DNA from: Macrostomum lignano
Lineage: Eukaryota
Length of the DNA: 64,000 nucleotides
Assembly: GCA_002269645.1 (NCBI GenBank)
Contig: NIVC01001749.1
Location: 1-64,000 of the forward strand
Direction: 5' to 3'
The stretch's first letter is position 1. Every line of letters starts with the position of its first letter. A program made the translations under genes and the position numbers. Shown one piece after another: positions 23,101 to 35,700 of this stretch. The notes under the pieces were generated by a model, which had not been told where the DNA came from, did not search any database, and saw only the letters and a program-made list of their open reading frames with translations.

Positions 23101-26100
23101 GGTTTATTCATGCTGTTCAAGCATGAATCCCTGTAGGCAGTTACTAGCTAAGCAAATTTATAGCTAAAACCAGTTTGCGCAAGTTCCAGCAGCTTCCAGC
23201 ATGCTAATGCCAGTACAGTACACTGTGCTTATACGGAATTGAAATTGCAATGTTTAATTATAATAGCAATAAATTATGCCGATAGCTACTAAAGTGCAAA
23301 TAGTCACAAGCACTAAAATTCTGGATACGATAAAAACGCGACATTGCGACTTTACACATAGATTGGGAGATGTTAGGCCTAGTATTGAGTCAACGAACGA
23401 CTAAGCAAGCCCAGCTAGAAATTAGGTAGGCACAAGGATACACCATAGTCACAGGACTTACAGAAGGTAGAGATGGCGAAGGGGTGAAAGGGAAAATGGA
23501 GATTAGATAGGGAAATGAGAGGAAGAGAAGGGGAGAGACTACTACTAAGGGGATTAACAATTCGAAAAAAAGTTTTTATGATGCTTTTAATAGGGCGATC
23601 ATTGATTTCTATGAAGATTGCATCATAACTACAGCATATGAGCAGAAAGGAGATGTGCGAATAAACAATCAGGGCAACCCACTACACACAATCAAGAGAA
23701 GCAAATTGGCTTTAGCAGCAACCAGATGATAACACGGCCTAGCAGATAGGAAAGAGACACAGACTTATACAAGACTAAACCCAATTAGTGTACCTGCAGT
23801 GCCCAAAGTCGCACTGGCGGACTATATAGGAAAAGCTATCGGATAGTTCGTAAAATGAAGTCAACTGTCTGTCTGTCCAACAACAAGAAAACTCTTCATA
23901 TAACACAGGCTCAAAATGATGTTATACACATAGGAGAACCCTGCGCAGTTCAGACACGCGATAATACGAGCAGAAAAGCTTTTGAGTGCGTGCCTTTGCA
24001 TGTCTATTGCATGTTCGCTTATTAGATGGACTCAGCGACTTCCTGTCACCCCGGTAAGGAAAAACTGCGACAAGCGACATCCGGCGTCCACAAAAAATGA
24101 CGACAATTTTCTTTTATCAAAAAAAGACCCAAACTTGAACTTTTTTAGTAGATTCCTTTGCGGCTCTTTCAGACGTTTCAGTTCGAGTCTGGAGACTCAA
24201 TTGATTTGAAGAGATTATTGAAAAAAGATAATACAGCTTAATTAGCAGTGCACGCAGGACAACTCGAGCACTTTCGGCGCTTTTCTGATCCCGAATTTTG
24301 GTACTTTTAAGCTCATTTTTTGCACTCATAAATTGCTCAGATGGTGTTCTTAAATGCCTGCCTTTGCCGCTCGTTGACTTTTTAGCAATCAAATATTCCG
24401 TTTTAAAATATTTCATACGAATGGTTGTTTTGGATTTTGGCACTACATATAGTAATTATGGCCCTACACACTAAAGTATTATTATATTGGCACTCTACAT
24501 ATGGTCGTCTTGACAATCTACATATAGTCATCTTGGCACTCGTCATATGGTCATTTTGGCACTATATATTGAAGTATTATCATCTTGGCACTCTACATAT
24601 GGTCATCTTTGCTCTTTAAATGTGTTCATCTTGGTACTGCATATTTTCAATAGCAACATTATGAACTCGAAACCAGTTCCGTTCTTTCAGCAGAAAAATC
24701 TACATCTCCAGAAATCGAAAACCATACGTCAAGCAAGTCAGCTGTTGCACCATACCATATCATCTCTGAACGTGCGCCTATCTATACAGTATGTAGTAAA
24801 AAAGGAAACGTATTCGGCAGAACAGGAAGTATCACTTATTCAGCTCTCTTTGGTAACGGCACAGTTCACTCTCTACCAAGAGGCTTACAGCTGAAGATAC
24901 GGAATGGTCGTAGACAGACAGACGCATCTGACACGCCTTGCCCTTAACTGACCCCTAAAAGTTAGCGCTAGAGGGGAAGGGAAACGCCGCCACCAAAAAG
25001 GAAATCAATTTCGCAAGCCGCAAAGGAAGATGAATAAATATAAAATGGGCGCGCTTTAATACTGCGCCCAATCAATGAATTAGTGCGTGAGCGAGCGTGT
25101 GTGCGTAATGCAAGTTTACTATAAATGTCAGTTCTACATAAGTATACGTCAGTGACTCATTGCCCTGGCAACGGCCATACACTTTTGGCGATAGACTTTG
25201 CATAGCATCTAGCCTTATTCTGGGCTATAGGTTACAGCGAAAATGATCGGACAGATCGAGAAAAACGTCATTTTTTATGACGGGCACAAAACATTCGGGT
25301 ATGAAATATTCTAAGCAGTCTCAAATACCAATGAATAGTCTCGCTCAGACAATAAACTCAATATTCGATGCACAGACGCAACAATTTCAATCTGATCCCA
25401 TGCAGTGACACAACATTCTCACTTTGATTCCATGCCGTGACACAATAGTCTCACTTTGATTCCATGCCGTGACACAATATTCTCCCTTTAGTTCGATGCA
25501 GTAACACAATATTCTCACTAAGTTCGATACAGTGACACAATATTCTCACTAAGTTCGATACAGTGACACAATATTCTCACTAAGTTCGATGCAGTGACAC
25601 AATATTCTCACTCTGATCCGATGCAGTGACACAATATTCTCACTAAGTTCGATGCAGTGACACAATATTCTCACTCTGATCCGATGCAGTGACACAATAT
25701 TCTCCCTTCAGTTCGATGCAGTGACACAATATTCTCACTCTGATCCGATGCAGTGACACAATATGCCCACTCTGATCCGATGCAGTGACACAATATTCTC
25801 ACTCTGATCCGATGCAGTGACACAATATTCTCCCTTCAGTTCGATGCAGTGACACAATATTCTCCCTTTAGTTCGATGCAGTGACACAATATTCTCACTA
25901 AGTTCGATGCAGTGACACAATATTCTCACTCTGATCGGATGCAGTGACACAATATTCTCACTCTGATCCGATGCAGTGACACAATATTGGCGCTTTAGTA
26001 CGATGCAGTGACACAATATTCTCACTCTGATCCGATACAGTGACACAATATTCTCACTCTGATCCGATGCAGTGACACAATATTCTCACTCTGATCCGAT

Positions 26101-29100
26101 GCAGTGACACAATATTCTCACTCTGATCCGATGAAGTGACACAATATTCTCACTCTGATCCGATGCAGTGACACAATATTCTCACTCTGATCCGATGCAG
26201 TGACACAATATTGGCGCTTTAGTACGATGCAGTGAAACAATATTCTCACTCTGATCCGATACAGTGACACAATACTCTCACTCTGATCCGATGCAGTGAC
26301 ACAATATTCTCACTCTGATCCGATGCAGTGACACAATATTGGCGCTTTAGTACGATGCAGTGAAACAATATTCTCACTCTGATCCGATACAGTGACACAA
26401 TACTCTCACTCTGATCTGATGCAGTGACACAATATTCTCACTCTGATCCGATGAAGTGACACAATATTCTCACTCTGATCCGTTACAGTGACACAATATT
26501 CTCCCTTTAGTTCGATGCAGTGACACAATATTCTCACTCTGATCCGATACAGTGACACAATATTCTCACTCTGATCCGATGCAGTGACACAATATTCTCA
26601 CTTTAGTTCGATGTAGTGACACAATATTCTCATTCATCCGATGTAGAGACACTTCTCTAGACACTCTTAAGCAACGTACAGACACGATAATCTCACTGTG
26701 ATCCAAAATTGAGATAGCGATAGTAGTATAATGTCTGTAGATAAAATATAGGACATTGCCCGATGCTACATAGCAGCCGGCAATCTCTACTGCAATGCTG
26801 CTATGATTAACGACACGCACAAGCATAGCAAATCATATTATGAGGGAAGTATTATGCAATGTGCGTATTGAGCAGTTAGTGGCCTCGACTGAGTACAAAA
26901 CACTACAAAGTACAAGAGATCGAGCAGAAAAAGTAGAGAAATTTTGTTCTCATATTTAACCGCACGCAATAAATCAATATTTGGGATCGGATAGGGGGCA
27001 TTTTTATAACGAATAAACTCGCTCTTTTTCCATCACTTCTTCTTGAGCATATTTGAGCATATATAAGCACGAACACAGTTCACCTTCTGAAAGAGCCATC
27101 TAGCCAGTCAGTCAGGCAGGTTTAACTTCCAGATCAGGCCACTTAACTCATAAGTCAAAGTGGATTTTTTTCTTGAAAAATAAGCAGGCAGCCCGCCAAG
27201 CAGAACGATATGAAATATTAATCTGGTCAAAGCTAAGCGATAAAAGTCACGCTTCAGCAGTATTGATGAAAATTCTGCTATTTTATTAAGGATTTGGGAG
27301 CCATTTATTTTTCAAAAAGGCTCGAGACAAAGGAATTATAAGGAACTCCATCATTTTGCTAGTTGCCAAGCTAAACCCAGGTTTTCGAAAAAATTCCGAA
27401 CCTTTAGTTGAGTCGCGGAAATCTCACTCCAGATGAAGCTTAAGACACGGAAATCTAACCCCCTAGATCCAATGCAGAGCCATGGAAATCTCACTTTAGA
27501 TCCATAGCAGAGACAAGGAAATCTCACCCTAGATCCATAGCAGAGACAAGGAAATCTCACCCTAGATCCATAGCAGAGACAAGAAAATCTCACCCTAGAT
27601 CCATAGCAGAGACACGGAAATCTCACCCTAGATCTAATGAATAGGCACGGAAATTCCATCCTAGATCCAATGGATGGACACGGAAATCTCACCCTTGACC
27701 CAATTAATAGACACGGAAATCCCATCCTAGATCCAATGGATGGACAAAGAAATCTCACCATAGATCCAACGCAGAGACACTGAAATCTCACCCTAGACCT
27801 ATAGCAGAGACAAAGAAATCTCACCCTAGACCCAACACAGAGATACGGAAATCTGACCCTAGATCAAATGCAGAGATACGGAAATCTCACCCTAGATCAA
27901 ATGCAGAGACACGGAAATCTCACCCTAGATCAAATGCAGAGACACGGAAATCTCACCCTAGACCCAATTAATAGACACGGAAATCCCATCCTAGATCCAA
28001 TGGATGGACACGGAAATCTCACCCTAGATCCAACGCAGAGACACTGAAATCTCACCCTAGACCTATAGCAGAGACAAAGAAATCTCACCCTAGACACAAC
28101 ACAGAGATACGGAAATCTCACCCTAGACCTATAGCAGAGACAAAGAAATCTCACCATAGATCCAACGCAGAGACACTGAAATCTCACCCTAGACCTATAG
28201 CAGAGACAAAGAAATCTCACCCTAGACACAACACAGAGATACGGAAATCTCACCCTAGATCAAATGCAGAGACACGGAAAATATCAAATAGACACAAAAC
28301 CATACTTTAAAGTTTCAGAAAAGATATTACATTACTTAGACTATTTAGCAACGGAAAATGTATTAGCGTAATTGAGAAAATTTCTCAGACCAAAGGTCGG
28401 AATCAGGCGCAATTACGTAAACAGGCATAAACTAAACTCAGAACTGACAGCGCAAATTACGAGAAACCAGATTCATTTCGTAGAGCTACTTTAGTAAAAA
28501 AGGGTAATGGATGGAGACAGATATACAGATAGCATATGGTAACTGGCAGAATCAGCCATGGCAGTAGGAAATGCGGCATGACTGAATGCGGTCAGATATA
28601 AACAGGTCAGTGGCAATATTTTCACATAACTTTTAACTCCGAAGCGCATTGGTTTATTAATAATTTTATAGTTTTGTGTCACAGGTCTATCTATATCTTG
28701 GGCTCTTGGTATCATATAATTCAATTATAATAAAACTGAAGCCTTTATTTATTTTAATGCGTTTCCGGCACTTATTTTCCATTGGTGAGCCACTCTATAA
28801 AATGAGATTCTGCAATTCTTATTGAGGCTTCGGGGGAGATTCTCAGTGAGGGTTCAGGGGCGATTCTCAGTGAGGGTTCAGGGGCGATTCTTAGTGAGGG
28901 TTCAGGGGCGATTCTTAGTGAGGGTTCAGGGGCGATTCTTAGTGAGGCTTCGGGGCAATTCTTAGTGAGGGTTCAGGGGCGATTCTCAGTGAGGCGTCAG
29001 GGGCGATTCTTAGTGAGGGTTCAGGGGCGATTCTTAGTGAGGGCTTGGGGGCGATTGTTAGTGAGGGTTCAGGGGCGATTCTCAGTGAGGCGTCAGGGGC

Positions 29101-31535
29101 GATTCTTAGTGAGGCTTCGGAGGAGATTCTCAGTGAGGGTTCAGGGGCGATTCTTAGTGAGGCTTCGGGGCGATTGTTAGTGAGGGTTCAGGGGCGATTC
29201 TCAGTGAGGCGTCAGGGGCGATTCTTAGTGAGGCTTCAGATGCGATTCTCAGTGAGGCGTCAGGGGCGATTGTTAGTGAGGGTTCAGATGCGATTCTTAG
29301 TGAGGCTTCATGGGCGATTCTTAGTGAGGCTTCATGGGCGATTCTTAGTGAGGCTTCGGGAGAGATTCTCAGTGAGGGTTCAGGGGCAATTCTCAGTGAG
29401 GGCTTGGGGGCGATTTTTAGTGAGGCTTCAGGGGCGATTCTTAGTGAGGCTTCGGGGGAGATTCTCAGTGAGGGTTCAGGGGCGATTCTCAGTGAGGCGT
29501 CAGGGGCGATTGTTAGTGAGGGTTCAGATGCGATTCTTAGTGAGGCTTCATGGGCGATTCTTAGTGAGGGTTCAGATGCGATTCTTAGTGAGGCTTCATG
29601 GGCGATTGTTAGTGAGGGTTCAGATGCGATTCTTAGTGAGGCTTCAGATGCGATTCTTAGTGAGGCTTCATGGGCGATTGTTAGTGAGGGTTCAGATGCG
29701 ATTCTTAGTGAGGCTTCAGATGCGATTCTTAGTGAGGCTTCATGGGCGATTGTTAGTGAGGCTTCATGGGCGATTCTTAATGAAGGTTCAGGGGCGATTT
29801 TCAGTAAGGGTTCAGGGGCGATTTGAGTGAGGGTAGAGTGAATGGGACGACGAGAAATTACCCAATGAAGTGCTCAACAATCAAGCTTACAGACACAACT
29901 CACCCAATCGAATCTGGTCATTGGCCGCAGTCTCAGGCCGTCTTAGCATAACACCTGATCCAGCATCAGTACCGTCTTCATCAGTTTTATTAGCTGATTT
30001 GTTAAGTCTGGGAGGCAGTGGAGGGGGCGGCGGTGACTCCTGATGGTCAGGAGCAGCAGATGTCGCAGCCACGGTCACCACGGGCGGTTCAGCCGACGAC
30101 ACCACAGTTCGAGTTCGCACAACTTTCTGACGCCGTCTTCTCAATATTCGACGCTTATAAAGTACACCGTCTACTTTAACGAACTCTTCGGTGACTTCCT
30201 CTTCAGTCTGAGTCGAGTCCTCCGATCGATTGTTTAATTCAGCTTCATCGTCGCCTTTGTCGTTGGGGGCGATGGCCAAGGTGGAGGACGCGTTAGCAAC
30301 CAGAGATGAGGCTCCGGAGGAAGAAGACGAATCAGACGAAGCGGCCGAAGACGCAGGAGAGGAAGACCGAAGCAATCGGCTAGTGTTTGCCGGCGCCGCG
30401 CAAGCAGACTCAGAGTCAGAGGGCTCCATAAAAACCAGAGTGGATCTCAGCTGACTACCGGCGGCGTCAACAAGTTCGTTCACTTTGTTTTCGTCTTCCG
30501 ATTCAGATCCGGCGACGTGCAGTCCTTCGAGCTCCGAAGGCAGCGAGCTGCGCAGCCGTTCGCGACTGAAAATCGACGGGGATGCGGCGAGGTGTTTGCC
30601 TGGCTGGAATATAAAACTCGAAATCCCCTATTCGAATTCCAAAATCTTCAAATCTTTCGAAATATTCAAATTTACATATTTAATCCCGAAAATCCTTATC
30701 TGGAATCCCAAAATCCCCATCTGAAATCCCCGAAATCCCTATCTGGAATCCCGACATCCTTATCTGAAATCCCGAAATCCCTATCTGGAATCCCGACATC
30801 CCCATCTGGAATCCCGAAATCCTTATCTGGAATCCCGAAATCCTTATCTGGAATCCCGATCCCGAAATCCCTATCTGGAATCCCGACATCCCTATCTGGA
30901 ATCCTAAAGTGCCCCATCTGGAATCCCGACATCTCTATCTGGAATCCCGACATCCCCACCTGGAACCGCGAAAACCCCACCTGGAATCCCGAAATCCCCA
31001 TCTGGAATCCCGAAATCCCACCTGGAATACCGAAATCCCTATCTGGAATCCCGAAATCCCTATCTGGAATCCCGAAATCCCTATCTGGAATCCCGACATC
31101 CCCATCTGAAATCCCTAAATCCTCATCTGGAATCCCGAAATCCCCATCTGGAATCCCGAAATCCCCATCTGGAATACCTAAATCCCCATCTGGAATCCCG
31201 AAATCCCCATCTGGAATACCGAAATCCCAATCTGGCATCCCGAAATCTCCATCCCCAATAGCCATACCTGTGAGTTTCAACTCTCGGTGACCGGCAGGCG
31301 TCAATGATGCTCTGAAATTAATTGGCAATAGGTAAGCGGGTAACTGATACTGTATATCCTATATACGTAACTGAAAAAATGAAGGAATTACGGAAATAGC
31401 TTGGGATCAGCAGGTACAGCCAAGGTAATCCTGACCAATTCACTTCTTGGCAGCCGTTTTCCGATCGCCTCTATCGTATTTGTTCAATGACTGAAGCTGT
31501 GCACGATACAGTCTGTCTTTACTTCCTTGCCGCAT
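17127..31535 (-). CDS. RAPGEF1: RAPGEF1/C3G-like Ras-family guanine nucleotide exchange factor (REM + CDC25 domains, Pro-rich SH3 ligand)
   Basis: Exons 30599-29904, 21700-21060, 20283-19876, 18488-18233, 18159-17847, 17256-17127 join in phase; 5' exons 31535-31444 and 31311-31268 are tentative. REM: LVRGGPLDALLVYA...LFCESFAATF...PAELLAKI (C3G-like). CDC25: FSPRQVAEQITLMDARLYRRI, FNRLGFW, HNFNSHLAIV, PPLVPHVG, VINYWK. SH3 ligand PPPPPLPPR. Confidence 0.75.
17482..17557 (+). pseudogene. tRNA-Asn(GTT)-derived element, copy 1
   Basis: A-box TAGCCCAGTGG, CTGTTAA anticodon-like loop, B-box GGTTCGAATCC at 17536-17546; acceptor, anticodon and T stems pair poorly. Confidence 0.6.
17630..17705 (+). 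pseudogene. tRNA-Asn(GTT)-derived element, copy 2
   Basis: Differs from copy 1 by 2 substitutions in 76 nt; B-box at 17684-17694. Confidence 0.6.
18497..19790. repeat. 22-bp minisatellite GGGGATTAACACACTGTATTCT, ~58 copies
   Basis: Fills intron 18489-19875 and starts a few nt from the acceptor. Confidence 0.95.
20320..21050. repeat. 51-bp minisatellite (with shorter variants) containing an 8-bp hairpin
   Basis: Unit contains AATGGATT-GCT-AATCCATT; period 51 (20741 to 20792). Confidence 0.92.
21790..23040. repeat. 53/54-bp minisatellite with blockwise variants
   Basis: Unit ~TCTAGATTTCAAGTTTAGAGCCCTATGGTTGGGCGAGCTTAGAAGTTTTGTCTA. Confidence 0.93.
25395..26640. repeat. 32-bp minisatellite GATGCAGTGACACAATATTCTCACTCTGATCC
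   Basis: Direct inspection. Confidence 0.94.
27470..28285. repeat. 33-bp minisatellite GGAAATCTCACCCTAGATCAAATGCAGAGACAC
   Basis: Period 33 (27847 to 27880). Confidence 0.92.
28825..29830. repeat. 24-bp minisatellite GGTTCAGGGGCGATTCTTAGTGAG
   Basis: Direct inspection. Confidence 0.94.
30680..31260. repeat. 21-bp minisatellite TCTGGAATCCCGAAATCCCTA
   Basis: Direct inspection. Confidence 0.93.
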
Positions 31536-32029
31536 GGCTGCTTGTCCCCCAATATTTTTATTGCTAAGCCAGTTCGAAGCCTCTCCCCTCTCCCAATCCT
31601 CATCCCCAAGCATCCAGACCCCCCACCCAAGAAAGCCTAACAAAGTGTGGAGAGTTGTTCGTTTCCCCCTCAAGCCGACCCTTCAGCAGCGCGCTTGCCC
31701 GTGCACAGCCAATAGACCGACTGCACCAATCCAAGCTGGCAACTGCACAGCGGCCAGATGTTGAGAGAGAGAGAGGGGGGGAATGCGAAGAAAAAATGCC
31801 CATAAAGGACTTTGGCCGATCCTGCATTTTCAGACACGTGTTTCGTACACGCTTCAAAAGAGAAAGGAATGTGAGCTTTGCTAAAGGAGAAAATTACACT
31901 GGTTCTGAGAAATGACGACACTAATGAGTAACCGGTAACTAGGCATTTACTAATATGGCCAATTTATTACGCGTAAATACGACGGTTAGATTAATAGGAC
32001 AGATAAGGTAGGTGTCAGCGGAGAAGGGG

Positions 32030-33482
32030 TGGCGGAGAGGGGGTAGTGGGATAGAGGTTAGTGAGATTGGGGGTAGCGGGTAGGGGTAACGGTAGGGGTA
32101 GTGAGACTAGGGGTAGTTTGATAGGGGGCAGCGGGTAGGGGGTAGCGGGATAGGGGTAGTGAGTCTAGGGGTAGTGAGATAGGGGGTAGTGGTTTAGGGG
32201 GTAGCGGGATAGGGGTAGTGAGATAGGGGGTAGTGGGTAGCGGGTAGCGGGATAGGGGTAGTGAGTCTAGGGGTAGTGAGATAGGGGGCAGCGGGTAGGG
32301 GGTAGCGGGATAGGGGTAGTGAGTCTAGGGGTAGTGAGATAGGGGGTAGTGGTTTAGGGGGTAGCGGGATAGGGGTAGTGAGATAGGGGGTAGTGGGTAG
32401 CGGGTAGCGGGATAGGGGTAGTGAGTCTAGGGTAGTGAGATAGGGGGCAGCGGGTAGGGGGTAGCGGGATAGGGGTAGTGAGTCTAGGGGTAGTGAGATA
32501 GGGGGTAGTGGTTTAGGGGGTAGCGGGATAGGGGTAGTGAGATAGGGGGTAGTGGGTAGCGGGTAGCGGGATAGGGGTAGTGAGTCTAGGGGTAGTGAGA
32601 TAGGGGGCAGCGGGTAGGGGGTAGCGGGATAGGGGTAGTGAGTCTAGGGGTAGTGAGATAGGGGGTAGTGGTTTAGGGGGTAGCGGGATAGGGGTAGTGA
32701 GATAGGGGGTAGTGGGTAGCGGGTAGCGGGATAGGGGTAGTGAGTCTAGGGTAGTGAGATAGGGGGTAGTGGGTAGGGGTAGCGGGATAGGGGTAGTGAG
32801 TCTAGGGGTAGTGAGATAGGGGGTAGTGGTTTAGGGGGTAGCGGGATAGGGGTAGTGAGATAGGGGGTAGTGGTTTAGGGGGTAGTGAGATAGGGGGTAG
32901 TGGGTAGGGGGTAGCGGGATAGGGGTAGTGAGTCTAGGGGTAGTGAGATAGGGGGTAGTGGGTAGGGGGTAGCGGGATAGGGGTAGTGAGTCTAGGGGTA
33001 GTTGGATAGGGGGGTAGCGGGTAGGGGGAAGTGGGATAGGGGGTAGTGGGATAGGGGTAGAGAGATAGGGGGTAGTGGGTAGGGGGTAGCGGGATAGGGG
33101 TAGTGAGTCTAGGGGTAGTTGGATAGGGGGTAGTTGGATAGGGGGTAGCGGGATAGGGGTAGTGAGATAGGGGGTAGTGGGTAGGGGGTAGCGGGATAGG
33201 GGTAGTGAGATAGGGGGTAGTGGGTAGGGGGTAGCGGGATAGGGGTAGTGAGTCTAGGGGTAGTTGGATAGGGGGTAGCGGGTAGGGGGAAGTGGGATAG
33301 GGGGTAGTGGGATAGGGGTAGAGAGATAGGGGGTAGTAGGTAGGGGGTAGTGGGATAGGGGTAGTGAGTCTAGGGGTAGTTGGATAGGGGGGTAGCGGGT
33401 AGGGGGAAGTGGGATAGGGGGTAGTGGGATAGGGGTAGAGAGATAGGGGGTAGTGGGTAGGGGGTAGTGGGATAGGGGGTAG
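32030..33482. repeat. G-rich minisatellite with ~160-bp higher-order period
   Basis: GGGG(G)TAG-based units; the marker ATAGGGGGCA recurs at 32121, 32281, 32440, 32600. Confidence 0.92.
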
Positions 33483-34054
33483 CGGTGCCCACTGAGAGAC
33501 CGATAAAAAATCAAATTGACCGATTAACAAAAGCGACAAATTTTTAAAACAACAAGCGCTACGAGTACACAGATAATAATATCCGAATAAAAGCTACTTC
33601 GTTATGAGTGAATATTAATTATGGTTGCAGACTGCACCTACTATCCTTAGCTACAAAAACATAATAAAATAAGGACCTAAGGTATAAGCAATTTAAAAAA
33701 CAGGGATTACGAGAATAAAGAAATAATAAATATATTCTAAAACTGACAACAAATTAAAATAAGAAACAGTGAATCAATATGAAATTATAATTCTTACCAA
33801 CAGTCGCCGTTAGAGAAATCTTAAAAGCTTCTCTGGAGAGAGAAAAAATGATATTCGCAATTCAAGACCCGTTTAATTAACCTATATACACTGTGCAGCG
33901 CAGATAGATGCTAGTCAGCCGGAGGTAGTCAGGCTAGTTGGGTTCATGAAATTCATACACACGCGTAAACAGCAGAAACGATCTACGCAATTAAAAGTAA
34001 ACATTGGTCTATCTAAGAAACGATGCCAAGAAAGCTCCAACACTTGACTTATTT

Positions 34055-34268
34055 GACCCGATAGTTCAGTAGCAACGCCAACGCCTCCCCCGCTTGAGCT
34101 TAAGTCCCGGGTTCGATTCCCTCACTTTTGTGTGTAGTGGAAAGACGGACAAAGCCTATGGTAACTTGCGAATTTGCAGAGCCTTTGGTAAAACAATTAG
34201 AGGAGGCATCACTGATGGCCTGCAACACAGGCTTGCATAAATGTGCAACACTAATAACTAAGTACTAA
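34055..34268 (+). mobile_element. Second tRNA-derived SINE-like element
   Basis: A-box-like TAGTTCAGTAG at 34062-34072; B-box GGTTCGATTCC at 34110-34120; 3' hairpin GCCTG-caaca-CAGGC; TAA-rich tail. Body differs from the 8968 SINE. Confidence 0.5.
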
Positions 34269-34859
34269 CAAGATGACGAGGCTTTTGGCCTTAATAATAC
34301 AGTTATAGTTACTCCTGCCGTATACCCAAAATTATGTTAATTTTGTTTAGGCAAGTCTTATTTAGGTCGCCATTACACAATATAAATATTCACGTTCAAA
34401 GGCATCATCTCCCAACTAGCGCTGAGGCAATTCTGCCCATTTCACTGACTCCTGACCACACACAGAGTGTACAAAGGCCTTCGCAACTTAGGGAGTTGGC
34501 CAAGCCCAAATGAATGTGGCTGTGAATGTCACCTTTGTTTTATTCACCAGGATGCCAACCGAAAAAAACTACCATTTAAGCGAATTGCGCTTACCGATAT
34601 TGTCTCGCGATAATCCGCCATTAGTCGAGTCCAATCGTTCAAGCTGTTGTCTTCTAAATCGAATTGATCACCAAATCTAACAGCCAGATGGATGCGGCGG
34701 TCTAGCGAGGAGCAGAGGCTTGCTAAGCTGGAGTTGGCGGCTAGTAACTGGGACTCGAACTGGCTCGACTGCCTGCGTGGGCGGCGGGGAATGAGTTCAG
34801 TTACTAGGTTTAGGAACAGTGATGAAACTGGTGGGATTCTTGGGCGACCTAGCCTGAGT

Positions 34860-35700
34860 ATTGGGAGGCTGGCCCAGCAGCTGAGGATCTGGAAGGCTGG
34901 CCTAGCAACCTAAAGATCTGGGAGGCTGGCCCAGCGACTGAGGATCTAAGAGCTGAGAGCTAAGAGCCCAGCAGCTGAGGATCTGGGAGGCTGGCCTAGC
35001 AATCTAAAGATCTGGGAGGCTGGCCTAGCAACCTAAAGATCTGAGAGGCTGGCCCAGCGACTGAGGATCTAAGAGGCTGGCCCAGCAGCTGAGGATCTGG
35101 GAGGCTGGCCTAGCAACCTAAAGATCTGGGAGGCTGGCCCAGCGACTGAGGATCTGGGAGGCTGGCCCAGCGACTGAGAATCTGGGAGGCTGGCTCAGCA
35201 ACTGAGGATCTGGGAGGCTGGCTCAGCAACTGAGGATCTGGTAGGCTGACCCAGCGACTGAGGATCTAAGAGGCTGGCCCAGCAGCTGAGGATCTGGGAG
35301 GCTGGCCTAGCAACCTAAAGATCTGGGAGGCTGGCCCAGCGACTGAGGATCTAAGAGGCTGGCCCAGCAGCTGAGGATCTGGGAGGCTGGCCTAGCAATC
35401 TAAAGATCTGGGAGGCTGGCCTAGCAACCTAAAGATCTGGGAGGCTGGCCCAGCGACTGAGGATCTGGGAGGCTGGCCCAGCAACTAAGGATCTGGGAGG
35501 CTGGCCCAGCAACTGAGGATCTGGGAGGCTGGCCCAGCAACTAAGGATCTGGGAGGGCTGGCCCAGCAACTGAGGATCTGGGAGGCTGGCCCAGCAACTA
35601 AGGATCTGGGAGGGCTGGCCCAGCAACTAAGGAACTGGGAGGCTGGCCCAGAAACTGAGGATCTGAGTGGCTGGCCCAGCAATTGATAATCTGGGAGGAT
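34860..35700 (+). repeat. 28-bp minisatellite family GGATCTGGGAGGCTGGCCCAGCAACTGA, locus 1
   Basis: Alternating subtypes; the same unit occurs at 43850 (inverted) and 58518. Confidence 0.94.

Noticed and set aside
18497-35700. Regular repeats resembling CRISPR arrays
   Set aside because: Head-to-tail units with no unique spacers, no cas genes, spliced eukaryotic context.
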